A stretch of DNA of 64,000 bases from an uncultured bacterium (lineage in GTDB: Bacteria > UBP14 > UBA6098 > B30-G16), in assembly GCA_965552135.1 (NCBI GenBank), contig CBEVQY010000009.1, positions 8,240 through 72,239 on the forward strand. Direction: 5' to 3'. This document shows positions 11,401-19,857 of the stretch, one piece after another. Every line of letters starts with the position of its first letter. Within the stretch, counting starts at the first letter, position 1. The notes beneath the pieces are model-generated. The model was not told where the DNA came from, searched no databases, and saw only the letters and a program-made list of their open reading frames with translations. A program made the position numbers and the translations under genes.

Positions 11401-11604
11401 ATCGAATACGATATATACTACGACCTTAGGAGGGGCAAGAAAGTGTCGGACGAGGTCCGCATTTGGAGGGATCTGCACTGCTGGGAAATGACCTTCGTCT
11501 GGGTGCCCTCCGGCATCAGAGCGGGGTACTACTTCCGACTCAACATAAAACAGCTTCCAGAAATCAAGATACAGCGCAGCGAAGGCGGCGTTCGCTGGCG
11601 GTGA
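8425..11604 (+). CDS. lptD: LPS-assembly outer-membrane protein LptD/OstA family
   Basis: Signal peptide MPRFALKALILFFCASSLSA, then an N-terminal OstA-like region, the hallmark FTTCDRKPPHYRF...VPVFWLPFFVFSVKKERHSGLL, and a large C-terminal beta-barrel-like region. Confidence 0.8.
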   Translation: MPRFALKALILFFCASSLSAEPIRLLHADHLESISGGRVVLLSGSVRLKHRGRLLESSFARWDRRTGVVTFEGDVVIIDTSYVISADVVVYFRRDERARARGNIEFVAADSLLRVWGGVGFYDAKDGVVVVGDEPRLEKIDTAGAKLELEAVRLVHRIDEGVSFAVDSVSATLYPAEPSGAPIKLFCDSLEYHREGDYIVAYGDVVLVQDSLVLRAPLGVLWRSRGEALLRGGVVVSDPHWTLWSDSLWVKLSGGEVTEATALGEPRGRWHDPADSLRLTQDSRFAADRMVFRFSGGRVVRADLVGQAIVDYFPAPADTSTLEYHHTSGDSVVAFLSEGRIDSVEVWGGVLGRSYRTERGRRDSIIYSGEVMGIAAAKRVHLCQNGYVRYGTLELWAGRIDFDGERKVLFAQPIASADTVRELPFLRDGKDSLRAQALQYNIESKRGRLFYGQTAAEKGFFSGERVTKARGDTFYIQNASFTTCDRKPPHYRFFTPKLKLIPHDKAIVRPMWLLVGRVPVFWLPFFVFSVKKERHSGLLSVDVGKFQKGERFIRNLGYYWAPNDYFDIYAALDIDEGEGVYIKGEARYALRYYLSGSIYGSYKLSSRRDWDEGVSVARRWEVRGSHNQNLGERAKLSANVSLVSDADYLAETYEEPEKRMDRKLRSWAAFSQGFDWGSFNLSVDRTDDLDQKTVTVYMPKLSLRKNSGKLFGEGERWYNKIYLSFSSDGVGYTYIDSLDSVDRHSGVDFDARLSLSHSIGDYVTLSPALSVSGIVLDRGTDGSKFPAMGTYSVSAGAATDLYGNIPLGVFGVRYLHHIVSPSLSFSYSPEARGRERFYSVSGLSVPSGRRSASLRIAVDQQFGLKIADSLGNITKVHLFSLSTGFSYDFVAEGRSFSDITTTLRAKPASWLETTGSMTHTLYSGSENTPSGLYLASVQLSASARHRFSIPFPNDPREAEIAVKYYISQNIKSGSLTHWLRTAIKGYATPKWRIEYDIYYDLRRGKKVSDEVRIWRDLHCWEMTFVWVPSGIRAGYYFRLNIKQLPEIKIQRSEGGVRWR

Positions 11605-11631
11605 GCGAAAAATTTTTGCAGTAAAATTTGC

Positions 11632-11664
11632 GAGTTAATTTGTTGTTGCGCAACAAGTTAACTC
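11632..11664. repeat. 33-bp nested palindrome GAGTTAA-tttg-TTGTTGCGCAACAA-g-TTAACTC
   Basis: The outer 7-bp arms and the inner 14-bp perfect palindrome were verified base by base. It lies in the AT-rich lptD/hup intergenic region with no U-tract after it. Confidence 0.6.
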
Positions 11665-11727
11665 TTAGCCCTGCTGCAAAGTATACTAATTTTTGCGAAT
11701 GAAGTGGGTTTTTTCTGAAAAAAGTGC

Positions 11728-11755
11728 TTGACAAATCCGCGGAGCGGCTTAAACT
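11728..11755 (+). promoter_or_regulatory. Sigma-70-type promoter candidate for hup (TTGACA-N16-TAAACT)
   Basis: Consensus -35 at 11728-11733 and -10 at 11750-11755. The extended -35 string CTTGACAAATCC is repeated upstream of tRNA-Trp. Confidence 0.5.
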
Positions 11756-11812
11756 GCGGGTAGGCAGGGGGTGGTCCCCTGGGGAGAACCTTAAAACAAG
11801 GAGGGTGTGGAG

Positions 11813-12103
11813 ATGGCGAATGTGACGAAGGAGGAACTGGTCACGCGCGTGGCGCGGGCGACGAACGTGCCGAAGACGCAGGTCAACACGGTGCTTAAGG
11901 CAACGCTTGAGGAGATCACCAAAGCCCTCAAGAAGGGCGACAAGGTGAGCCTCATAGGCTTCGGCACCTTCCTCGCTGCCAAGAGGGCTGCTCGCAAGGG
12001 CAGAAACCCCCAGACCGGCGAGGAGATCCGCATTCCCGCCACCACCGTGCCGAAGTTCCGTCCCGGTAAGGCGCTCAAGGAGGCGGTGGCGAAGAAGAGG
12101 TAA
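11813..12103 (+). CDS. hup: Nucleoid protein HU (DNA-binding protein HU/IHF family)
   Basis: Sequence is MANVTKEELVTRVARATNVPKTQVNTVLKATLEEITKALKKGDKVSLIGFGTF...RNPQTGEEIRIPATTVPKFRPGKALKEAV. AAGGAGGG lies 8 nt upstream of ATG 11813. Confidence 0.93.
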   Translation: MANVTKEELVTRVARATNVPKTQVNTVLKATLEEITKALKKGDKVSLIGFGTFLAAKRAARKGRNPQTGEEIRIPATTVPKFRPGKALKEAVAKKR

Positions 12104-12130
12104 TACCCTCCTTCGGTCGAAAGCGGAAGA

Positions 12131-12166
12131 GAAAGCCCTCCCCCCGGGGAGGGCTTTCTTTGTTGT
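12131..12166. terminator. Rho-independent terminator between convergent hup and the RND gene
   Basis: GC-rich hairpin GAAAGCCCTCCCC/GGGGAGGGCTTTC (12131-12158) is followed by CTTTGTTGTT. Confidence 0.7.
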
Positions 12167-12178
12167 TGTGGGGAAGCT

Positions 12179-15100
12179 TTATTCTTCGTCCACTCCAAGC
12201 AGGCGCTTTGTGCCCTTCACCGCCTTCTCCGAGACGCGCTCGAAGATCGAGTAGACGACGGGAATGACCAAAAGGGTCAGGAAGGTTGCCGTTGCAAGCC
12301 CGCCAATTACGGCGATCGCCATGGGGGACCTCATCTCGGAGCCCTGGCTGCGCGAAAGCGCCATAGGCAGCATGCCGAATATCGTCGTCAGCGCCGTTAT
12401 GAGGACCGGGCGCATCCTGAGCCTTCCAGCCTCAAGGAGCGCCTCGCGAATCCCGTAGCCCTTCTCCCTGCGGAGCTGATTGACGAAGTCGACCAGAACG
12501 ATCCCGTTGTTGACCACGATGCCGGCTAAGATCACAACCCCCATAAACGACGGAAGCGAAAGCGTTTTGCCCGTTATAAGCAGCGCCCACATAACGCCTA
12601 TTATACAGAGGGGCTCGGTGAACATTATAACGAACGGGTGCAGGAACGACTCGAACTGCGACGCCATAACCATATAGACCAGAAGGAGCGCCACAACGAT
12701 GGCGATCGTCATCCACTTGAAGAGGTCCTTCATCTGTTTTGCCTGTCCGCCTATCTCGAAGACGTACCCCTCCTCCCACGCTGGCGAGTTGTAGAGCGCA
12801 AGCATAGCCTTCTTGACCTTGGCTGTCGTTCTCCTCAGGTCGTAGCCCTCCCTGACGGTGATGCCCAGCGATACTTTGCGCTTTTGGTCCTCGCGCTGTA
12901 TCTCGACGGGACCTATTACCCTCACTGTATCGGCCACCTGCGATAGCGGGACGACCGCGCCGGTGGGCGAAACCACAGGCAGCGACATTATCTGCGATAT
13001 CTTCGACCGCTCGGCCTCATCGAGCTTGACCACGATATCGATCTGACCCGACGGGTCGTTGAATCGCCCTGCGAATGCGCCGAGGGTGTAGGTTTTTATG
13101 GCGTTTGCCACCTGCGCCGCCGAAAGACCAAGACGGGCGCACTTTTCCTTGTTCGGAATTATCCTGAGCTCGGGCAGACCCTCCCTGTACGATAGCTGGA
13201 TGCTGCCGACGCCCTCTATCTTTTTGATCCGTTCCAACGCTGTGTTCGCGAGGCGCCGCAGGACCGAAAGGTCCTGCCCGAAGATCTTGACCTCGATATC
13301 CCCGCTTATTGCCCCGCCGAACATCTGGGACGACATATCCACAACCACGAACCTCGAGTCCCTAAGCTTAGGGAAGACCCTGCGGAGCTCCTCCGTTATC
13401 TGGTAGGATGTCTTTTTCCTGTTCTCCTTGAACTTCAGGCGCATGAACACGGCGCCTTCGTTGACGTTCGTTGGTGTTCCCTGTGAGCCTGCGCCCAGGT
13501 CGAACTCGCTGCCCTGGATCCTTCCCACTATCATTCCCGAAAAGAGCACGTCGGGCTCAGCCTCTGCCACGCTTGCGAGCTCGTGGGCAATGTCGATCGT
13601 CTGCTCTATAGGCGTTCCGCGCGGGAGGGAGAAGAACACCTGCGTAAACGGTGGGTCGAATTTCGGGATGAACTCACCGCCCACAAGAGGGTAAAGGGCG
13701 ATCGAAGCCAAAAAGAGGAACGCCACCGCGGCGAGGGTTGCCGCTTTGTGGTCGAGGCACCATGCCAGAAGCCTCACGTATTTTTCGCGCAGCACCTCGA
13801 ACCACTTTGCCCCTCGCATCGACGATGCGCCCTCGCGCTTGAATATCTGCGCCGCGATGACGGGGACGATCGTGAGCGCCACGAAAAGCGACGAAAGCAG
13901 CGCAAACGCTATGGTGAGCGCAAAACCCTTCGAAAGCTGTCCCGTGATGCCGGGCACAAAAAGCACCGGGAAGAAGACTGCGATGGTGGTAAGCGTCGAT
14001 GCGGTGATCGCCATTCCCACCTGTGCGGCGCCCTTGCCCGCTGCGACTATGCGGTTATGTCCCTCTTCGATCAAGCGGTAGATGTTCTCTATAACCACAA
14101 CCGCGTTGTCCACAAGCATCCCCACGCCGAGCATAAGCCCCACCATAGTCATCAGGTTCAGCGTGTATCCCGCAGCCCAGATGGCTATGAACGTCGCGAT
14201 GATGGAGAGGGGTATAGCGAGGCTTATCGCCACGGTCGGTCTTATCGAGCGCAGGAAGATGAAGATGAAAAGCATTGCCAAAAGCGCGCCCACAATGCCG
14301 TTGTCCCTGGTGCGGGCTATGACGCGACGAATGAGCTCCGACATGTCGAACATCTTGTAGAGCTTGGTGTTTTTGGGGAGGATCTCCTTGATCTCATCCA
14401 CCTCTTTGAGGACCTTTCGCATGACGTTTACGGTGTTTGCGCCGCTTTCCTTGGAGATCATGATCCAGAGTCCCTCGCGTCCCGACACCTCGGCTCTGCC
14501 GCGCACCTCCTTGTTGCTGAAGCGTATCTCCGCAACGTCGCGGAGATGGACCGGCTTGTAGTCTTTCGTCATCCCGACGACGACGTCCCCCACCTCGTCA
14601 AGCGACCTGAACTCGCCGTATGTCCGGAGGAGATACTCCTTGTTTCTGTCGACCACGTATCCCGCGGGCATGTTGACGTTGTTGAACATGAGAGCCATTC
14701 TGATGTTTTGGGGGTCGATTCCCATTGCCGTTATCTTGGCTGGGTCGAGCAGGACCTGAACCTCTCGGTCCCTCCACCCCCAAACCGATACCGCGGCAAC
14801 GCCTTCTATACGCTCAAGGCGCGCTTTTATCACGTCCTCGGCGATGTCGTGCAGTCTGTTGAAGTCGATGTCGCCCGTGTAGGCGTAAGCGGCTATGGGC
14901 ATAAGCGAGACGTCGAACTTGAGGACCAGCGGGTCCTCAGCTCCCTCGGGCAAAAGGTGCTTGAAGGTGCTTATCTGATCCCTTATGTCCTGCGCCGCGA
15001 AGTCGAGGTTCGTACCCCACTCAAACTCCACAATTATGACCGACATCCCCTCCCTCGAGAAGGACTTGATGCCTTTGACGCCGCTTATGAGGGCAAGCAT

Positions 15101-15313
15101 CTCCTCGAGGGGCTGGGTGAGTTGGCGCTCGACATCCTCCGGCGCGGCGCCCTCCCACCTCGTCAGAACCGAAACCGACGGGTACGATATATCGGGCAAA
15201 AGATCAAGCCCCAGGTTGAGCAGTGAATAAACCCCCAAAACGACAACGATGCCTATAAGCATCGTCACCGTCACGGGGCGTTTGACCGAAAACTCAGGAA
15301 TCGACACAGCCAA
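12179..15313 (-). CDS. RND efflux transporter permease (AcrB/AcrD/AcrF family)
   Basis: 1044 aa. It starts MAVSIPEFSVKRPVTVTMLIGIVVVLG and has the typical 12-TM, two-large-loop architecture. Confidence 0.92.
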   Translation of the reverse strand: MAVSIPEFSVKRPVTVTMLIGIVVVLGVYSLLNLGLDLLPDISYPSVSVLTRWEGAAPEDVERQLTQPLEEMLALISGVKGIKSFSREGMSVIIVEFEWGTNLDFAAQDIRDQISTFKHLLPEGAEDPLVLKFDVSLMPIAAYAYTGDIDFNRLHDIAEDVIKARLERIEGVAAVSVWGWRDREVQVLLDPAKITAMGIDPQNIRMALMFNNVNMPAGYVVDRNKEYLLRTYGEFRSLDEVGDVVVGMTKDYKPVHLRDVAEIRFSNKEVRGRAEVSGREGLWIMISKESGANTVNVMRKVLKEVDEIKEILPKNTKLYKMFDMSELIRRVIARTRDNGIVGALLAMLFIFIFLRSIRPTVAISLAIPLSIIATFIAIWAAGYTLNLMTMVGLMLGVGMLVDNAVVVIENIYRLIEEGHNRIVAAGKGAAQVGMAITASTLTTIAVFFPVLFVPGITGQLSKGFALTIAFALLSSLFVALTIVPVIAAQIFKREGASSMRGAKWFEVLREKYVRLLAWCLDHKAATLAAVAFLFLASIALYPLVGGEFIPKFDPPFTQVFFSLPRGTPIEQTIDIAHELASVAEAEPDVLFSGMIVGRIQGSEFDLGAGSQGTPTNVNEGAVFMRLKFKENRKKTSYQITEELRRVFPKLRDSRFVVVDMSSQMFGGAISGDIEVKIFGQDLSVLRRLANTALERIKKIEGVGSIQLSYREGLPELRIIPNKEKCARLGLSAAQVANAIKTYTLGAFAGRFNDPSGQIDIVVKLDEAERSKISQIMSLPVVSPTGAVVPLSQVADTVRVIGPVEIQREDQKRKVSLGITVREGYDLRRTTAKVKKAMLALYNSPAWEEGYVFEIGGQAKQMKDLFKWMTIAIVVALLLVYMVMASQFESFLHPFVIMFTEPLCIIGVMWALLITGKTLSLPSFMGVVILAGIVVNNGIVLVDFVNQLRREKGYGIREALLEAGRLRMRPVLITALTTIFGMLPMALSRSQGSEMRSPMAIAVIGGLATATFLTLLVIPVVYSIFERVSEKAVKGTKRLLGVDEE

Positions 15314-15481
15314 CCCCCTTTTCTGACTAATTGTTTATAAAATGACTGCTTGGTCAGATATAAGCCCGGATGGTCGCTTTGTCAAGGCAAAAATTGCCGG
15401 GTGCGCCGCAGGTGGCAATTGGGCTTGATTTTCGGCGAAGCTCCGCCGATATTTCGAAAGTCATCGAGACCGGAGGGAGCG

Positions 15482-16927
15482 ATGAGGGAGCTTGCCTATC
15501 ACGCCATCGATGTTGTTCGCCTGGCGGGCGCAACCTACGGCGACATAAGGATAATAGACGACCTCCGCGAGGAGATAAGCGTTAGAAACGGAGTGCCGTC
15601 GGTGAGGCGCAGCGAGGGTTTGGGCTTTGGGGTGCGCGTCATCGCCGACGGCGCGTGGGGGTTCGCCGCATCGCCAAAGCTTTCGAAGGACGAGGTTGAG
15701 CGCGTCGCAAGGCTCGCCGTCGAGGTCGCAAAGGCAAGCGCAAGGCTCAAAAAGGCGGACGTCAGGCTCGCGCCAGAGCCGCCCCATAAAGACAAATGGA
15801 GCTCAACCTACATTATCGACCCCTTCTCGGTGCCGCTTGAGAGGAAGCTTGAGCTCCTTATGAAGGTTGACGAGATCTTGCGGCGGGACAAGCGGATAGT
15901 CGCCTCCTTCGGCGTCCTTTCGTTCTGGCGTGAGCATCAGCTTTTCGTCTCAACCGAGGGCGCGGAGATCGAGCAGACCATCCTTCGCTCCGGCGGAGGC
16001 TTCAACGCCACTGCCTTCGACACCCAAAGCGGCGAAATCCAAACGCGCAGCTACCCAGGCGTCCAGACGAGCCAATATATGCAGCTTGGGTGGGAGGTTA
16101 TAGAAAGCTACGACTTTTTGGGCAACGCCGAGCGCGTGCGGGACGAAGCGATAGCTCTCCTTTCGGCACAGGAGTGCCCGCACGGTGAGTTTGATCTTAT
16201 AATCGACGGGAATCAGCTCGCCCTGCAGATACACGAATCCCTCGGGCACCCCTCGGAGCTTGACAGGGTTTTGGGCATGGAGGCGAACTACGCCGGCACA
16301 AGCTTCCTCACCACCGAAAAGCTCGGGACGTTCCGCTACGGCTCGGAGATCGTAAACATAGTCGCCGACGGGACGGTTCCCGGCGGTCTTGCCACCGTGG
16401 GATACGACGACGACGGCGTTCGCTCCCAGAGGTGGTACCTCGTCAGGGACGGAATCTTCTGCGGCTACCTCACCAACCGCGAGCTCGCCCACGCCATCGG
16501 CGAGGAGCGCTCGAGAGGGGCTAACCGCGCCGACGGATGGTGGTCGCTGCCTATGATCAGAATGACGAACATATCGCTTCTGCCGGGCGAGTGGGACCTT
16601 GAGGACCTCATAGCCGACACACAGAAGGGGCTTTTCGTAACGTCCAACAAAAGCTGGTCCATCGACCAGAGGCGGCTTAATTTCCAGTTCACGATGGAGG
16701 TGGGCTGGCTCATCGAGAACGGGAAGCTCACCAAGATGGTCAAAAACCCGACCTATCAGGGCATAACGCCCGATTTCTGGTCGAGGTGTGACGCCATCTG
16801 CAACGAGCGGCACTGGGTTTTATGGGGCGTTCCGAACTGCGGCAAAGGTCAGCCCCCTCAGCGCGCCGAGATGTCCCACGGCGCCGCGCCGGCGAGGTTC
16901 AGGAAGGTCAGGGTCGGCTTGGGGTGA
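15482..16927 (+). CDS. tldD: TldD/PmbA-family metalloprotease
   Basis: Motif IHESLGHPSELDRVLG, family-typical GGLATVGYDDDG, and C-terminal GAAPARF. The start was moved from 15350 to ATG 15482. Confidence 0.88.
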   Translation: MRELAYHAIDVVRLAGATYGDIRIIDDLREEISVRNGVPSVRRSEGLGFGVRVIADGAWGFAASPKLSKDEVERVARLAVEVAKASARLKKADVRLAPEPPHKDKWSSTYIIDPFSVPLERKLELLMKVDEILRRDKRIVASFGVLSFWREHQLFVSTEGAEIEQTILRSGGGFNATAFDTQSGEIQTRSYPGVQTSQYMQLGWEVIESYDFLGNAERVRDEAIALLSAQECPHGEFDLIIDGNQLALQIHESLGHPSELDRVLGMEANYAGTSFLTTEKLGTFRYGSEIVNIVADGTVPGGLATVGYDDDGVRSQRWYLVRDGIFCGYLTNRELAHAIGEERSRGANRADGWWSLPMIRMTNISLLPGEWDLEDLIADTQKGLFVTSNKSWSIDQRRLNFQFTMEVGWLIENGKLTKMVKNPTYQGITPDFWSRCDAICNERHWVLWGVPNCGKGQPPQRAEMSHGAAPARFRKVRVGLG

Positions 16928-16932
16928 TGCCA

Positions 16933-17724
16933 CTAAAGCGACGCGAAGACGTAGATCGCTCCGCCGCCTAAGATCGCCGTCGCCGAAAGCGCAAGCCAGT
17001 CTGCGCGGCCGAGCTTTACCGGATAAAGCTTCGTTCGGGGGGCGTGGGAGTCATATCCCCTGAGCTCGAGCGCTAAGGCGAGCTTGTCGGCTCTGCGAAA
17101 GGCGGAGACGAAAAGCGGAACGACCATCGGAATCACGCCCTTCACCTTCTTCACCAACCCCCCGCTCACGTTGCCGCCGCGGGCAAGCTGCGCCCACCTG
17201 ATCCTCGTTGCGTCGTCCATCATCGTCGGGACGAAGCGCATAGCCAAAAGCACGACGGTCGATATATCCCTTGGTGGCAGCCCGAGCGGCTTTGTGAAGA
17301 AGAAGAGCTTTTCCAGCGCGTCGGCGAGGGCTATGGGCGACGTCGTCCATCCGAAAAGCGCCGCCGACCACATCAAAAGCGCCATCCGAGCCGAAAACAA
17401 AAGCCCGTTTCCAACGCCCGCAACGCTTACGTGGAAAATCCCCCAGTCGAAGCCAGGTCGACCGGGCGTGAAAAGAAGATGCACCGCAAACGTTATGGCG
17501 AGGAAAATCCTGAACGCCCAAAGCGTTCGCAGCGGCTTTGAGATCTCTATCTTTGCTGCGCGGGTTGCGGCGATAAGTATCGCAAGTGCGAGGGCGTGGT
17601 TTTCGGGACGCGAGCGCACAAGGACCATCGCCACGAAAACCGCAAGCGCAAAAAGCTTCGTCCGCGGGTCGAGAAGGTGCAGGGGCGACCTTCGGTGCAG
17701 GTATTGACCCAAACCCGATATCAT
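16933..17724 (-). CDS. ecfT: Energy-coupling-factor transporter transmembrane subunit EcfT/CbiQ
   Basis: 263 aa. It starts MISGLGQYLHRRSPLHLLDPRTKLFALAVFVAMVLV and has a conserved ARG-containing cytoplasmic loop (WAQLARGG). Confidence 0.85.
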   Translation of the reverse strand: MISGLGQYLHRRSPLHLLDPRTKLFALAVFVAMVLVRSRPENHALALAILIAATRAAKIEISKPLRTLWAFRIFLAITFAVHLLFTPGRPGFDWGIFHVSVAGVGNGLLFSARMALLMWSAALFGWTTSPIALADALEKLFFFTKPLGLPPRDISTVVLLAMRFVPTMMDDATRIRWAQLARGGNVSGGLVKKVKGVIPMVVPLFVSAFRRADKLALALELRGYDSHAPRTKLYPVKLGRADWLALSATAILGGGAIYVFASL

Positions 17725-18812
17725 CAGGGCTTCTCAAAGAGCCTGTGGTGGAACTCGTTGGTGGCGATTCCGATCACGGCGCAGATGATAAACGACGCAA
17801 CGCCCACTTTGGCCGCGGTGTCGAGGAAGTGGGTTGAGAGGAAGTTGACGGCAAACATAAGCAGGGCGAACACGAGGGCGATTGCGATCTGCACGGCTGC
17901 AGTCCACGGGTAGTCGATGATCCACTGTCCGATGACGGCTGCGACCGCGCCTATCCCCGCGCCGACGATCACAAGTCCCCCCGCCGTCACAAGCGCCTGA
18001 AGGATGCTTGGGAAGGCTGGCAGAGGCGACCACAGACCGACGGCAACGACTGCAGCCGTAAGCAGACCTCCGACAAGCCCGCCCAAAAGCCCGGCGGTTG
18101 TTCCGTGGAGGATAGCCGTTGCCGCGGTCTCCTCGCGCAAAAGCTCCTTCAGACCGCTTCCGGGCGCGGCTGTCCTGCCCTCGAAGAGGGGTAAAAGCTC
18201 GGGCATCCTGTCGGCGCGGTGGAATCTGTTCTCGTCGACCTTGGAGACCAGCGCATCGCGAGGGATCATCCCGCTCCGCGCCCAGTCCTCGAGCACATTG
18301 AACGAAACGGGTCCAAGCTCAGCGCCCGCAACCTTGACGATGAACTGCGCCGTGAAACGCTCCTTCTCCGAAAGCGGCGGAAGCATGCCCTCCTCCGCAA
18401 GCTCAGCCGCAGCGACCTCCTCCCCGGTCGCCACGAGGCGCGACTCAAGCTCCTGCAGACCCTCCGCGGGGATCTCCTGCTCGGTTATAAGCTCCACAGA
18501 AGGCTGTGGCTCCTGCGTGCCGGCGAGCCTGAAGATGCCCTCGCACGACGGGCACGACCAAAGCGCCGAGGTCGCGACAAGCTCCGGCTTGGTGGGAAAG
18601 GTTTCGCTGCAGTGTGGGCATGTGACCAAAAGCTCGTCGCCGCGGGTTTCGCATTTCGCCTTCGGCACCTGCGATGCCGTTATCGTGACCTCGAACGACG
18701 CAAAGCACTTCTCGCACCTGAGGAGAACCCTCCCCGGCGGAACCTTGGAGAAGTCGACGTCGTCTTTGGCGCCGCATTTGGGGCAAACGACGTTCATTAC
18801 GCCTCCCTGCAC
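17724..18812 (-). CDS. Membrane protein with two zinc ribbons and a GYF-like domain
   Basis: Two zinc ribbons: CPKCGAK...RCEKCFASF and CPHCSETF...CPSCEGIF. A GYF_2-like segment follows (FIVKVAGAELGPVSFNVLEDWARSGMIPRDALVSKVDENRF), then about four Gly-rich TM helices. The stop overlaps the ecfT start by 1 nt. Confidence 0.7.
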   Translation of the reverse strand: MQGGVMNVVCPKCGAKDDVDFSKVPPGRVLLRCEKCFASFEVTITASQVPKAKCETRGDELLVTCPHCSETFPTKPELVATSALWSCPSCEGIFRLAGTQEPQPSVELITEQEIPAEGLQELESRLVATGEEVAAAELAEEGMLPPLSEKERFTAQFIVKVAGAELGPVSFNVLEDWARSGMIPRDALVSKVDENRFHRADRMPELLPLFEGRTAAPGSGLKELLREETAATAILHGTTAGLLGGLVGGLLTAAVVAVGLWSPLPAFPSILQALVTAGGLVIVGAGIGAVAAVIGQWIIDYPWTAAVQIAIALVFALLMFAVNFLSTHFLDTAAKVGVASFIICAVIGIATNEFHHRLFEKP

Positions 18813-18827
18813 CCAAGCCGACCCGGA

Positions 18828-19745
18828 TCAGACATAGTGCAGCCAGCCGTAGGGGTCGTTTCCGTTCTGGACGATGTCGAAGAAGCGCTCCTGGAGACGC
18901 TTCGTTATAGGTCCTCTTTTGCCCGCGCCCACTGGTATCTTGTCCACCGACGCGATCGGGGTTATCTCCGCAGCCGAGCCCGTGAAGAAGGCTTCGTCGG
19001 CTGTGTAGAGGAACTCGCGCGGAATAAGCGTCTCGATGACGGGGATCCCCTCCTCCTGCGCAAGCTTTATCACCGAGTCCCTCGTTATCCCCGCAAGTAT
19101 CGATGCGCCAAGCGGAGGGGTGTAAAGCTTCCCGTCCATGACCACGAACAGGTTTTCGCCCGAGCCTTCGGACACGTAGCCGTTCACGTCGAGGGCGATT
19201 CCTTCGGCGTAGCCCTCGAGGATAGCCTCCATTTTGATGAGCTGGGAGTTCATGTAGTTTGCGCCCGCCTTTGCCGTTGCGGGGAACGTGTTGGGCGCCA
19301 TGCGGCTCCACGTGGAAACCTTCACGTCCACCCCCTTCTCGAGCGCCTCGGGACCCAGATACTTTCCCCACCGCCATACGGCTATCGCAACCTCCACAGG
19401 GCACGGGAACGGGTTTACGCCAAGGCTTTCGTATCCGCGGTAGACCACGGGGCGAATGTAGCACTCGTCAAGACCGTTTTTGCGGATCGTCTCCTTTATA
19501 GCCTCGTTTATCTCCTCCTGGGTGAAAGGTATCTCCATCCTGTAGATCTTCGCCGAGTTGAACAGGCGCTTCGTGTGCTCCGGAAGCCTGAATACGGCTG
19601 TGCCTTTGGGCGTTTTGTAGGCGCGTATTCCCTCGAAGACCGATGTGCCGTAGTGAACCACGTGCGAAAGCACGTGAATCTTTGCCTCCTTCCACGGCAC
19701 GAACTCGCCGTTCATCCAGATGTAATCGGCTTCCTCAAACGGCAT
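18828..19745 (-). CDS. ilvE: Branched-chain amino acid aminotransferase
   Basis: 305 aa. Sequence [43 protein letters not shown] has the class IV aminotransferase pattern. Confidence 0.93.
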   Translation of the reverse strand: MPFEEADYIWMNGEFVPWKEAKIHVLSHVVHYGTSVFEGIRAYKTPKGTAVFRLPEHTKRLFNSAKIYRMEIPFTQEEINEAIKETIRKNGLDECYIRPVVYRGYESLGVNPFPCPVEVAIAVWRWGKYLGPEALEKGVDVKVSTWSRMAPNTFPATAKAGANYMNSQLIKMEAILEGYAEGIALDVNGYVSEGSGENLFVVMDGKLYTPPLGASILAGITRDSVIKLAQEEGIPVIETLIPREFLYTADEAFFTGSAAEITPIASVDKIPVGAGKRGPITKRLQERFFDIVQNGNDPYGWLHYV

Positions 19746-19857
19746 CTTCTACCTCCGGCTTTATCTTAACCTGTAGCTTTCGCAGAAGTTGGGCAAAGCC
19801 CCCCTCTCCGCTTCGTTTGGCTTCCTCTTCCGCCGCTTTTGCTTGTGCGGCTGAGCC

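Noticed and set aside
13583-15226. 547-aa plus-strand ORF inside the RND permease gene
   Set aside because: It is antisense to a full-length AcrB-family gene. It is an R/H/E-rich artefact.
15413-15429. GTGGCAATTGGGCTTGA upstream of tldD as a sigma-54 promoter
   Set aside because: There is no GC at the -12 position. The TTGA is shifted by one base and lacks the conserved C.
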